DNA of 18,778 nt, taken from contig JBGQEL010000085.1 of the NCBI GenBank assembly GCA_041496385.1, positions 1 through 18,778 of the forward strand, given 5' to 3'. The translations under genes were made by a program, and so were the position numbers. Below are positions 7,902 to 16,844 of this stretch, piece by piece (positions within the stretch are counted from its first letter, which is position 1; each line of letters begins with the position of its first letter). The DNA is from Candidatus Methylomirabilia bacterium (GTDB lineage Bacteria; Methylomirabilota; Methylomirabilia; Rokubacteriales; CSP1-6). The notes below the pieces were generated by a model. It was given only the letters and a program-made list of their open reading frames with translations. It searched no databases and was not told where the DNA came from.

Positions 7902-8087
7902 GTGAAGACCACCGTGCGGCGCCTGGGTCGCGCGCTGCGCCTGCAGCCGCCCTGGAACCTCATCCTCTGGGGCGGCGCCCTCCAGATGGTCGTGACGCCG
8001 ATCGCCTTCTATCCGTTCGCGAAGGCCCTGTGCCTCGCGGCCGATCTCGTCTTCCGGCCCGGGCGACCCGAGGACTTCGCGGGCTGA
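7902..8087 (+). pseudogene. Internally deleted DUF983-like gene remnant (61 aa)
   Basis: N-terminal LGRALRL is joined directly to C-terminal PPWNLILWGG...PIAFYPFAKALCLAADLVFRP..EDF. The CxxC..CxxC region and first TM expected between them are absent. Confidence 0.55.
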
Positions 8088-8532
8088 CGGGGAGATAGAG
8101 CCGGGTGAAGTGGTTGTCGATGACTCGCCCCCGTGAGCTGACCGTGAAGTTCGACACGATGAGCCCCTGCGCGCCGGCGAACGCGCCCTCGCCTCCGGTG
8201 ACCACCCAGATGACGGCGCCGCGATGCCACCCGGCGATCGGCGCCGGCTCCACGGTGCCGCGGCCGACCGTCGCGAAGAAGAGCGTGCCGGCGCGCCCGT
8301 AGGTGATCCTGCCGCTCTCGACGAAGCCGCCGTCCGCGAACCGCTCCACCAGGGACTCGAGGACCGCGCGCTCGCCCTTCACGCGTGTGACCCGCGCCGC
8401 GACGCCGCCCGGGCCGAGCACGCTGCGGAGCGCCTGGCTGGGCGCGGTCGTCCGCGCGCGGCGGCGCGTCGTCGAGCCCGGCTCCGCCCAGGCGGTGCCT
8501 CTGAATTCCAGCGCGAACACCAGCTCTCGCAC
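7960..8532 (-). CDS. Hypothetical protein (MRELVFALEFRG...TGGEGAFAGAQGLIVSNFTV), likely a beta-rich fold; last gene of the operon
   Basis: GTG 8532 with GGGGAGAG SD, 26 bp after the ADH stop. Protein-like up to RLYLP; the last ~40 aa are low-complexity and overlap the opposite-strand remnant. Confidence 0.7.
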   Translation of the reverse strand: MRELVFALEFRGTAWAEPGSTTRRRARTTAPSQALRSVLGPGGVAARVTRVKGERAVLESLVERFADGGFVESGRITYGRAGTLFFATVGRGTVEPAPIAGWHRGAVIWVVTGGEGAFAGAQGLIVSNFTVSSRGRVIDNHFTRLYLPVSPRSPRVARAGRRDRPRGTGPSRTDRRRSASRPSGGRRPRG

Positions 8533-8558
8533 ACTCGCTCTCCCCGCGGAGGCCGTGC

Positions 8559-9650
8559 TTAGAAGACGATGAGGCCCCGCGCCAGCTCGCCGGCCGCCAG
8601 CGCGCGAAAGGCGGCGTCGGCTTCCTCGAGGGCGTACCTCTTGGTGATGAGCTCGTCGATCTTGAGCTTGCCGGCCTGATAGAGGGCGACCAGGCGCGGC
8701 AGGTCCTCGCGCGTCCGCGCGCCCCCGTAGCTGCTGCCCCGGATCACCCGCTCGCCGAGGACGAGCTGCCGCGGATCGAACGGCACGGTCGAGCCCGTCG
8801 CCCCCACGCCGATCACGACGCACTCGCCCGCGGGCGCCAGCGCCTCGTAGGCCTGCCCCACGACGCGCGCGTCGCCCACGGCGACGAACGTGTAGTCGGC
8901 GCCAAGCCGGCTGATACGGCGAATGGCGTCGACCGGGTTCTCGCGCGAGGCGTCGATGGCGTGCGTCGCGCCAAAGGCGCGCGCGTGGTCGAGCTTGGAG
9001 GCCTTGACGTCGACCGCGATGATCGGGTGCGCGGCCACCATCGCGGCGCCCTGGATGACGTTGAGGCCGACGCCACCGACGCCGAAGACCGCGACGCTGG
9101 CTCCCGGCGGCACCGCCGCGGTGTTGATGACGGCGCCCACGCCCGTCATGACGGAGCAGCCGATCAGTGCGGCACGGTCGAGCGGCATGGCGCGGTCGAT
9201 GGGGATCGCGCAGGACTCGTGGACGACGGTCGAGGACGCGTACGTGCCGACGTGGCCGTACTGGAACACCGGGCTGCCGCGGAGCGACATTCGCGTGGTG
9301 CCGTCGGGGAGGACGCCCTGTCCGGCCCGCCGTCGCTCGCAGAGGTTCGGGCGGCCAATGACGCAGTAGCGGCAGCGGCCGCAGGTCGGAGCCCAGGAGA
9401 GGATGACGTGGTCTCCGACAATCAATCCGTCGACGCCCGGCCCTACCGCATCGACCACCCCGGCGCCCTCGTCGCCGAGGACGATCGGGACGGGGACGTT
9501 CTTCCAGCTCCCGTCGGCCGCGTGCAGACAGCTGTGGCAGACGCCGCTCGCGGTCATGCGGACGCGCACCTCACCGGTGCGTGGTGGCTCGAGGTCGATG
9601 TCCTCGACGCGGAGCGGCTTGGCTTGCTCGAAGAGAACCGATGCGCGCAT
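8559..9650 (-). CDS. Zn-dependent medium-chain alcohol dehydrogenase (class III/FDH-like), 363 aa
   Basis: True start MRASVL at 9650. GVCHSCLH, GDEGAGVV, structural CGRCRYC...C, LIGCSVMTGVGA and Rossmann GVGGVG. Confidence 0.92.
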   Translation of the reverse strand: MRASVLFEQAKPLRVEDIDLEPPRTGEVRVRMTASGVCHSCLHAADGSWKNVPVPIVLGDEGAGVVDAVGPGVDGLIVGDHVILSWAPTCGRCRYCVIGRPNLCERRRAGQGVLPDGTTRMSLRGSPVFQYGHVGTYASSTVVHESCAIPIDRAMPLDRAALIGCSVMTGVGAVINTAAVPPGASVAVFGVGGVGLNVIQGAAMVAAHPIIAVDVKASKLDHARAFGATHAIDASRENPVDAIRRISRLGADYTFVAVGDARVVGQAYEALAPAGECVVIGVGATGSTVPFDPRQLVLGERVIRGSSYGGARTREDLPRLVALYQAGKLKIDELITKRYALEEADAAFRALAAGELARGLIVF

Positions 9651-9670
9651 GGAAAGGGCCTCCGTCTGGC

Positions 9671-10624
9671 TCAGTCCCCGTAGCGGATCCGGGGGTCGAG
9701 GTACCCGTACAGCAGGTCGACCATCAGGTTGATGGCCATGAACATCATCGCGACGAAGAGGATGGTGGACTGCGTCAGCGGATAGTCGCGCTGGTAGATG
9801 GACCAGAGGACGAGACGCCCCACGCCGGGCAGCGTGAAGACCTCCTCGACGACGACGGTCCCGCCGAGCAGGATGCCCATCTGGAGCCCGGCGACGGTCA
9901 CGATCGGGATGAGCGCGTTCTTGAGCGCGTGCTTCAGCACCAGGGCCCGGCCGGCGAGCCCCTTCGCCGCGGCCGTCCGGATGTACTCGGAGCGCAGCAC
10001 GTCGAGCATGCAGGCGCGGGTGGTCCGCGCGATGTTGGCGGCGCTCGCGGTCCCGAGACACAGCACGGGCAGCAGCATGATGGTCAGGTTGCGGCGCGGA
10101 TCCGTGAAGAAATCCACCCAGACGACGGGGGGCATCCACCGGAGGTAGATGGAGAAGAAGAGGATGAGCATCGTCCCTTGCCAGAACACGGGGATGGAGA
10201 GCCCGAAGAGCGCCCCCACGCGGACGGCGTGATCGACGGCCTGCTCCCGCCGGACGGCGGACACGATGCCGGCGGCGATACCCAGGGTCAGCGCGAAGGC
10301 CACGGCGAGCAGCGTCAGCTCGATCGTGACCGGCAGGCGTTCGAAGATCAACGTGACCACCGGCTTCCCCGTCCGCCACGAGGTCCCGAGGTCGCCCCCG
10401 GCGAGGTGGCCGAGCCAGCGCGCGTACTGGACGTACCAGGGCTGATCGAGGCCGAAGAACCGCTTGAGCTGCGCCACCATCTCCGGGCTCACGATCGCGT
10501 CGGCGCCGATCATCTGCTCGACGACCGTGCCCGGGATGAGGCGCAGCATCAGAAAGACGAGGACCGTCAGCCCGAACAGCGTCAGGGCCATCGAGTACGC
10601 GCGCACGACGAGGTAGCGTCCCAT
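9671..10624 (-). CDS. Peptide/nickel-type ABC permease (DppB/OppB-like)
   Basis: GLDQPWYVQY, GDLGTS, ERLPVTIEL, EYIRTAAAKGL, KHALKNALIP, EEVFTLPGVG and RDYP. Confidence 0.93.
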   Translation of the reverse strand: MGRYLVVRAYSMALTLFGLTVLVFLMLRLIPGTVVEQMIGADAIVSPEMVAQLKRFFGLDQPWYVQYARWLGHLAGGDLGTSWRTGKPVVTLIFERLPVTIELTLLAVAFALTLGIAAGIVSAVRREQAVDHAVRVGALFGLSIPVFWQGTMLILFFSIYLRWMPPVVWVDFFTDPRRNLTIMLLPVLCLGTASAANIARTTRACMLDVLRSEYIRTAAAKGLAGRALVLKHALKNALIPIVTVAGLQMGILLGGTVVVEEVFTLPGVGRLVLWSIYQRDYPLTQSTILFVAMMFMAINLMVDLLYGYLDPRIRYGD

Positions 10625-12169
10625 CTAGGCGCGGTCGAGCCAGACTCCCTCGAAGCCATAGAGGAGCGTCGTCGGGTGCTGCCGGAAGCCCTTGACCAGC
10701 GTCTGCGTGAAGTCGATCGTGTCGGCCGAGAAGAGCCAGAGGTGCGGCACGTTCTCGAGGATCATGAGCTGCGCGCGATCGTAGATCTCCTTGCGCCGCT
10801 TCTGATCGAGCGTCCGGCGCCCCTCCTCGAGCATCGCGTCGAGGTCCGGGACGCTCCAGCTGTTCCAGTTCTGGCCCTTCGTCGAGTGCAGCGCGCGGAA
10901 GAACGCGGTGTCCGGGTCGGCGTAGCCCGGCGTCGTGTTCATCGTCATGTCGAAGTCCTTGGCGAGCCAGCGCTTGATCCACACGGCGTATTCGACGTTC
11001 TCGATCTCCGCCGTGATGCCGATCTTCTTGAGCTGCGCGGCCACGACCGGCGCGCCGAGGACCATCGTCGGGAACGTCGGGATGACGCCGAGCTTCACCG
11101 TGAAGCCGCCGGCCTGGCCGGCGTCGGCCATGAGTTTCCTGGCGCGGTCGAGGTCGGGCTTGTAGTAACGCATCCACTGGGCTTCGGGGAGCTGCCACTG
11201 CCGCATCGGGGCGGTCGCGGGCGGGGTGAGCCGGCCGAACCCGGCCGCCGCGACGCGCAGGATCTGGTTCCGGTCCACGGCCCAGCTGATGGCCTGCCGC
11301 ACGCGCACGTCCTTGAGCGGCCCGCGACTCGCGTTGATGTTGAGGAAGTCGTAGCCGAGGCGCGAGCTGCGGTAGCCGGTCAGGGATTTCTCGTCCTTCA
11401 GGAGGTTGTAGTTCTTGTTGTCCTCGAGGAACGCGTGGTGGATCTGGCCGGTGCGGAGCGCGGCGACGATGTTCGCCTCGTCCGGGATGATGCGCAGGAT
11501 GACCTCGTCGACGTACGGCGGGCCCTTCTTGAAGTAGGCGGGGTTGCGCTTGAGCACCATCTGCTGCTCGACCTTCCAGTCCTGGAGCATGAACGGCCCC
11601 GTGCCGAGCGCGGCCTGGTTGAGGTCGCCGTGCTTCTTGATCCCCGCCTCGCTGATGATGAAGCCCCAGAATCCGCCGAGCGCGGCGAGCAGGCCGGCGA
11701 ACGGCTCCTTGGTGATGAACTTGATCCCGTACCGCCCGGCCGGCTCGACCTTGTCGACCGCGATGAAGTCGGACTTGCCGGGCGACTTCTCGAAGAGCCG
11801 GTCGAAGGTGAACTTCACGTCGGCGCTGGTCAGCTCCTGGCCGTCGTGGAACTTCACGCCCTGCCGGAGCTTGAAGGTCCAGATGAGGCCGTCGCGGCTC
11901 ACGTCCCAGGACTCGGCGAGCTCCGGGACCGGATTCATGTCGGGGTCGAAGCGGACGAGCTGGTTGTACATCATGGGCGACCGCCGGCTGCGCGAGAACG
12001 CCGGCACGAGCTGCGGGTCGAGCCCCGTCGCCTCGGTCGTCTGCGCCGACACGAAGGTCCCGCCGGATCGCGGCGTCTGCGCGAGCGCGGGCCGGCCGAC
12101 CGCCAGCGCAGCGAGGGTCGCGGCGCCGGTCTTGAGAAGGTCGCGGCGGCTCAGTTCGTGGTTCGTCAT
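10625..12169 (-). CDS. ABC substrate-binding protein, family 5 (DppA-like), with Tat signal
   Basis: Start MTNHELSRRDLLK at 12169 with SD AAGGAGG. PELAESW, FKLRQGVKFHDG, GTGPF and DVRVRQAI. Confidence 0.93.
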   Translation of the reverse strand: MTNHELSRRDLLKTGAATLAALAVGRPALAQTPRSGGTFVSAQTTEATGLDPQLVPAFSRSRRSPMMYNQLVRFDPDMNPVPELAESWDVSRDGLIWTFKLRQGVKFHDGQELTSADVKFTFDRLFEKSPGKSDFIAVDKVEPAGRYGIKFITKEPFAGLLAALGGFWGFIISEAGIKKHGDLNQAALGTGPFMLQDWKVEQQMVLKRNPAYFKKGPPYVDEVILRIIPDEANIVAALRTGQIHHAFLEDNKNYNLLKDEKSLTGYRSSRLGYDFLNINASRGPLKDVRVRQAISWAVDRNQILRVAAAGFGRLTPPATAPMRQWQLPEAQWMRYYKPDLDRARKLMADAGQAGGFTVKLGVIPTFPTMVLGAPVVAAQLKKIGITAEIENVEYAVWIKRWLAKDFDMTMNTTPGYADPDTAFFRALHSTKGQNWNSWSVPDLDAMLEEGRRTLDQKRRKEIYDRAQLMILENVPHLWLFSADTIDFTQTLVKGFRQHPTTLLYGFEGVWLDRA

Positions 12170-12191
12170 TGGGATGCCTCCTTGGACGTGT

Positions 12192-13049
12192 TCATCGCAC
12201 GTTGGGGTCGAGAATGTCACGAAGGCCGTCACCGATGAGGTTGAACGCGAGCACGCTGACCATGATCGCCAGGCCGGGGAACACGGAGATCCACGGCGCG
12301 GTCTCGAGATAGGTGCGGCCCTCGTTCAGCATGTTTCCCCACGAGGGGACCGGCGGCTGCGCCGAGAGGCCGAGGTAGCTCAGCGACGCCTCGATGAGGA
12401 TCGCCTGGGAGAACCCGATCGTGCCCTGCACGACGAAGGGCGAGAGCACGTTCGGCAGGACGTGCTTGAGCGCCACGACCCAGCGCGTGGCGCCGAGCGC
12501 GCGCACCGCCTGCACGTAGTCCTTCTCGCGCTCGGCGAGGACCGGGCCGCGCATGACGCGGGCGAAGATCGGGACGTAGACGATCGCGATCGCGATGACC
12601 GCGCTGTTCACCCCGGGACCCCGCATGGCCGCGATGCCGACGGCGAGGAGGAGGCCCGGAATGCTGAAGAACACGTCCAGCACCCGGTTGATGGCGTTGT
12701 CCCACGCGCCGCCCGCGTATCCGGCGGTGAGACCGAGCGCGCCGCCCAGGGTCATCGCGACGCCGATCGAGACCAGCGCGACGTAGAGGGAGATCCGCGA
12801 GCCGTGGATGACGCGGCTGAAGACGTCGCGCCCGAAGCGATCCGTTCCGAAGAGGGCCTTCGCGGCGGGTGCCGACTCCACGAGATCGAAGTCCTGCTCG
12901 TCTGGCGGGCGCGGCGCCAGCGCATCGGCGAAGAGCGCCATGACAACGATCAGAAGGGCGGCGAGCGCGCCGATGAGTACCACCGTGCTCCGCAGGACGT
13001 GCCGGAGCTGTCGGCCCCACAGGGCCTGCCGCTGGACGACGGGCGGCAT
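12192..13049 (-). CDS. Peptide/nickel-type ABC permease (DppC/OppC-like)
   Basis: FGTDRFGRDVFSRVIHGSRISL, KHVLPN, EASLSYLGL, PSWGNML and FNLIGDGLRDILDP. Start ATG 13049, 5 bp after the upstream stop. Confidence 0.92.
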   Translation of the reverse strand: MPPVVQRQALWGRQLRHVLRSTVVLIGALAALLIVVMALFADALAPRPPDEQDFDLVESAPAAKALFGTDRFGRDVFSRVIHGSRISLYVALVSIGVAMTLGGALGLTAGYAGGAWDNAINRVLDVFFSIPGLLLAVGIAAMRGPGVNSAVIAIAIVYVPIFARVMRGPVLAEREKDYVQAVRALGATRWVVALKHVLPNVLSPFVVQGTIGFSQAILIEASLSYLGLSAQPPVPSWGNMLNEGRTYLETAPWISVFPGLAIMVSVLAFNLIGDGLRDILDPNVR

Positions 13050-13054
13050 GCGTC

Positions 13055-14368
13055 TTACGTGTAGATCTTCCTGAGCTCGCCCTCGGCCCAGCGCACCGCG
13101 TCCTCGGCGGGCATGCCCTGGATGGCCTTGGCGTACATGTCGACGATCACGTACTTGGAGAAGGCCTCGGTGGCCCTGGCCGAGGGCGGGCCGGCATAGC
13201 CGAAGAGGCGATAGGAGCGCGCGGCGTCGCGGAACGCCGCCATGACGGGATCCTGGCGCCAGAGCGCGTGCCCCTCCCACATCCGGGTCGTGGCCACGGC
13301 GTAGCCGCGCTCGGCGACGAACCAGGGCTCGTACGCCTCCTTCGAGTGCAGCCAGAGCAGGAAATCCTTCGCCAGCTTCTGGTTCTTGGAGTAGCCCATG
13401 ACGGCGTGATGGAAGGGGCCGTGGTACGAGTAGGTGCCCGCGGGCCCGCCGGGGAGCGGCGCGTGGCCCATGTCGGTGTGGAGCGGCGCGCCCTGCTCGG
13501 TCTTGAACTTGGCCGGATCGCCCAGCGCGACGAGGTAGATCGAGGCGGCGTTCTGCGTCGCCGAGATGGTCCCCGAGAGGAACGCGCGATTGTTGTTGGT
13601 GTCGTCCCAGGCGAGCCCGCCCTCGTCGCAGGCGTCCTTCCAGAAGCCCACCGCGAACTTCACGGACTCCACGGTCTCCTTCGAATTCACCGCCACGGTG
13701 CGGCCGTCGCGCTCGACCTCCTTGCCGCCCCACGACCAGAGATACGGATACCAGAACGCCGGCGAGTCGCCGAACGTATGGGCGACCGTCTGCCCGACCG
13801 GAAAGCCCGTGGCCTTGAGCTTCTTGCCGGTCTCGCGCCAGGCCGTCCACGTCTTCGGGAACTCGCGGACGCCGATCGCCTCGTGCTGCGAGCGCCGGTA
13901 GACGACGAGGTTCGGCGTGATCGCGTGCGGGAGGGCGCGCCAGGCGCCGCCGACCTTGCAGAGATCCTCGGCCGCCTGGTAGTAGCCGCCCTGCGCGCTC
14001 GCGATGGCCTGGGCGACGTCGCTCACGTCGACGAGGCTCCGCTCGTAGAGGTGCGCCCAGTTGTGCAGCATGTGGATGACGTCGGGCCCCGCGCCCGACG
14101 AGACCGCCGCGGTCACGCGCGCCTGGATGTCGTTGGCGTTGATGCGCTCGAGGTTGAACCGCGCGCCGAACGCGCGCCCGGCGTCCGCCATCTGGCCCTT
14201 GAGCACCTCGTCGCCGCCGGGCACGAAATCGTTCCAGCGCAGCAGGTGGATCGTCGTGCCCTGGGCGTACGCGGGGGCCCGGCGCGCCCCGAGGATGGTG
14301 GTGAGACCCGTGACGGCGCCGGCGGCGGCGAGCGTGACGAACGAGCGTCGGTCCATGGGTGGCGTCAT
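13055..14368 (-). CDS. Extracellular solute-binding protein, family 1 (carbohydrate-type), with Tat signal
   Basis: DRRSFV twin-arginine motif and AYA-Q cleavage site; LLRWNDFVP, GPDVI and WDDTNNNRAFLSG; SD GAGGAGG. Confidence 0.88.
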   Translation of the reverse strand: MTPPMDRRSFVTLAAAGAVTGLTTILGARRAPAYAQGTTIHLLRWNDFVPGGDEVLKGQMADAGRAFGARFNLERINANDIQARVTAAVSSGAGPDVIHMLHNWAHLYERSLVDVSDVAQAIASAQGGYYQAAEDLCKVGGAWRALPHAITPNLVVYRRSQHEAIGVREFPKTWTAWRETGKKLKATGFPVGQTVAHTFGDSPAFWYPYLWSWGGKEVERDGRTVAVNSKETVESVKFAVGFWKDACDEGGLAWDDTNNNRAFLSGTISATQNAASIYLVALGDPAKFKTEQGAPLHTDMGHAPLPGGPAGTYSYHGPFHHAVMGYSKNQKLAKDFLLWLHSKEAYEPWFVAERGYAVATTRMWEGHALWRQDPVMAAFRDAARSYRLFGYAGPPSARATEAFSKYVIVDMYAKAIQGMPAEDAVRWAEGELRKIYT

Positions 14369-14393
14369 TCCGTCCTCCTCGATGGCGGTGATC

Positions 14394-15806
14394 CTAGCGC
14401 ACGGGGCCGGCCAGCGGGCTCTCGGGCCCGCGGCGCGGAAGGTAGCGGCCGTAGCCGGGCTTCTGTTCCAGGGCGCCGTCGTTCAGCATCACGCGGCCTC
14501 GGAGCAGCGTCATCCACGGCCGGCCGTGGAGCTTCCAGCCCTCGTAGAGCGTCCAGCCCGCGTAGCCGCGATGGTCGGCGGCCCGGACGATCACCTCGGC
14601 GTCGGGGTCGATCAGGAGCAGGTCGGCGTCCGAGCCGACGCGGATCGTGCCCTTGCGCGGATAGAGCCCGAAGATCCGCGCGGGGTTCTCGGCGAGCACG
14701 CGCGCGAGCCAGGTGAGGGGCAGGCCACGCCCCACCACGCCCTCGCTGTACATGAGCGGCACCAGCGTCTCGAGCGAGGGCTGGCCGAACGGGATCGACT
14801 TGCCCTGCGCGTCGACGAAGACGTTCTGCCAGCCGGGCTCCTTCATCGCCTTCGGCTTCGCGGCGTGGTCGCTGCCCACGGTGGCGATGAAGCCCTGCGC
14901 GGATCCCGCCCAGAGCGCGTCACGGTCGGGCCCGTCGGCGGGCCGGAGCGGCGGACCCATCTTCGCGTACGGCCCCCAGCGCTCCATCTCGGCATCGGTG
15001 AGCAGCAGGTACTGCGGGCAGGTCTCCGTCCACACGCGCTGCCCGGCCGCTTGCGCGCGCTTGATGCGCTCGAGGCCGAGCCGGCTCGAGAGATGCACGA
15101 CGTAGACGGGCGACTTCGTGAACGCCCCCATGAGGATCGCGCGGTTGATGGCCTCCTCCTCCGCCCAGTCCGGGCAGGTGGCGGGGAAGTGCCGGGGATG
15201 GACGCGTCCCTCCGCGATCGCCTTGTTCTCGAGGTAGTTCAGGACGTCGCCGTTCTCGCAGTGGAGCTGGGTGACGCCGCCCGCGCGCGCGACGATCTCC
15301 ATGACGCGGCAGATGAAGTCGTCGGGGCACATCCGGTTCCCGCGCTTCTTGTACGTCATGAAGAGCTTGTAGGACGTCACGCCGAGCTCGAACGCCGCCG
15401 GCAGCCCGTCGAGGATGTACGGCTCGTGGTTGAGGATGAAGTGGAGGCCGAAGTCGAGGACCGACTTCGCCTCGATCTCCTCGACGAGCCGGCGAACCGC
15501 GGCGGGGAGCGTCTCGCCGTCGTCGTAGACGCCGAACGGGATCAGGGTCGTGATGCCGGCGTGCGCCGCGGCGATGGAGCCGCGGCCCCAGTCGTCGTTG
15601 TCGGGTCCGAGGTGCACGTGGCAGTCGATCGCGCCGGGGAGCACGTACTTCCCGCGGGCGTCGATGTACCGGTCGGCGGGCGGGAGATGCTCGGCCGCGC
15701 CGAGCGCGGCGATGGTCCCACCGCTGATCGCGATGCTCGTCTCGGCCGCGCCGCTCGCGGTGACCACCAGGCCGTCCCGGATGATCGTGTCGACGCGTGC
15801 GCTCAT
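14394..15806 (-). CDS. Dihydropyrimidinase/D-hydantoinase-like cyclic amidohydrolase
   Basis: Binuclear metal motifs DCHVH, SYKLFMTY (carboxylated Lys), HCENG, VHLS, ETCPQYL and SDH; C-terminal NPARIFGLYPRKGTIRVGSDAD. Confidence 0.9.
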   Translation of the reverse strand: MSARVDTIIRDGLVVTASGAAETSIAISGGTIAALGAAEHLPPADRYIDARGKYVLPGAIDCHVHLGPDNDDWGRGSIAAAHAGITTLIPFGVYDDGETLPAAVRRLVEEIEAKSVLDFGLHFILNHEPYILDGLPAAFELGVTSYKLFMTYKKRGNRMCPDDFICRVMEIVARAGGVTQLHCENGDVLNYLENKAIAEGRVHPRHFPATCPDWAEEEAINRAILMGAFTKSPVYVVHLSSRLGLERIKRAQAAGQRVWTETCPQYLLLTDAEMERWGPYAKMGPPLRPADGPDRDALWAGSAQGFIATVGSDHAAKPKAMKEPGWQNVFVDAQGKSIPFGQPSLETLVPLMYSEGVVGRGLPLTWLARVLAENPARIFGLYPRKGTIRVGSDADLLLIDPDAEVIVRAADHRGYAGWTLYEGWKLHGRPWMTLLRGRVMLNDGALEQKPGYGRYLPRRGPESPLAGPVR

Positions 15807-15813
15807 GGCACCC

Positions 15814-16752
15814 TCACGCGGGAGGCGGCATCGCGCCCGCCCGCTCGGCGATGAGGCCGTAGTGCTGGGGCTGCCGGTGCCGCGCGAAGTTGAACGTCGT
15901 CTCCTTGTACGAGCGGCACTGATCCAGATCGCAGCGCGCGACGAGCAGCTCGTCGCCGAGGGTGGACGCCATCGCGACGATCTCGCCGGAGGGCGCGATG
16001 ATCGCGCTCTGGCCGATCTGGTCGACGCCCTCCTCGACGCCGGCCTTCGCGACGCCGACCACCCAGGTGGCGTTCTGGTAGGCGCCGGCCTGCATGGAGA
16101 GGTGGTTGTGGAAGTTCGCGAGGTGGTCGTGCTCCGGCGTCGACGGGTGGTGCACCGGCGTGTTGTAGCCGAGCAGCACGAGCTCGACGCCCTGCAGGCC
16201 CATGACCCGGTAGGTCTCCGGCCAGCGCCGGTCGTTGCAGATGCACATGCCGACGACGCCGCCGAACGCGCGCCAGACCGGAAAGCCGAGGTTGCCGACG
16301 TCGAAGTAGCGCTTCTCGAGATTCTGGAACGGCCGGCCCGGCTCGTGCTCGCGATGCCCGGGCAGGTGGATCTTCCGGTACGTGCCGACGAGCTCGCCGC
16401 GCCGGCCGACGAGGATCGAGGTGTTGTAGTGGCGCGTCTCGCCGTTCTCCCGCGCCAGCTCGGCGTACCCGAGGCAGAACCCGAGGCCGAGGCGGCGGCC
16501 CTCGTCGAACAGCGGCTGCGTGTCGGGGCCCGGCATCTCGCGATCGAAGTAGGCGTCGATCTCCGCCTGGTCGTCCATGTACCAGTGCGGGAAGAAGGCG
16601 GTGAGCGCCGCCTCCGGGTATGCGACGAGGTCGCAGCCCGCCGCGTGCGCCTGGCGCAGGAGCTCGACGAGGCGCTTGACGGCGTCGCTGCGGCTGTCGT
16701 GGCGGGCGATCGGGCCGAGCTGGGCGGCTCCCACGGTCACGACGCGGGCCAT
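15814..16752 (-). CDS. N-carbamoyl-D-amino acid amidohydrolase (D-carbamoylase, nitrilase superfamily)
   Basis: Glu-Lys-Cys triad in YPEAALTAFFP, YRKIHLPGH and CICNDRRWPE, plus LEKRYF, GYNTP, QAGAYQN and FNFARHR; SD GAGGAGG. Confidence 0.93.
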   Translation of the reverse strand: MARVVTVGAAQLGPIARHDSRSDAVKRLVELLRQAHAAGCDLVAYPEAALTAFFPHWYMDDQAEIDAYFDREMPGPDTQPLFDEGRRLGLGFCLGYAELARENGETRHYNTSILVGRRGELVGTYRKIHLPGHREHEPGRPFQNLEKRYFDVGNLGFPVWRAFGGVVGMCICNDRRWPETYRVMGLQGVELVLLGYNTPVHHPSTPEHDHLANFHNHLSMQAGAYQNATWVVGVAKAGVEEGVDQIGQSAIIAPSGEIVAMASTLGDELLVARCDLDQCRSYKETTFNFARHRQPQHYGLIAERAGAMPPPA

Positions 16753-16844
16753 CGACTCCTCCTCGGGGTTGCGGTTCGGCCCGTGCCGCGGGGTGCGCCG
16801 GCGCCGGGGCGCGCGATGGGACTGCCCGACCGCGCGGCGGCGCG

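Noticed and set aside
9651..11198. 879-aa ADH fusion, and similar N-terminal extensions of ORFs 12192-13850, 15550-17307, 6043-7080 and 6504-7871
   Set aside because: The extensions overlap real genes in other frames. Recognisable domains begin at 9650, 13049, 16918, 6340 and 7077.
16753..16840. Riboswitch in the ~85-nt leader of the carbamoylase operon
   Set aside because: It can form GC-rich hairpins, but I recognise no aptamer motif or terminator, and such pairing is expected at this GC content. An Rfam scan would settle it.
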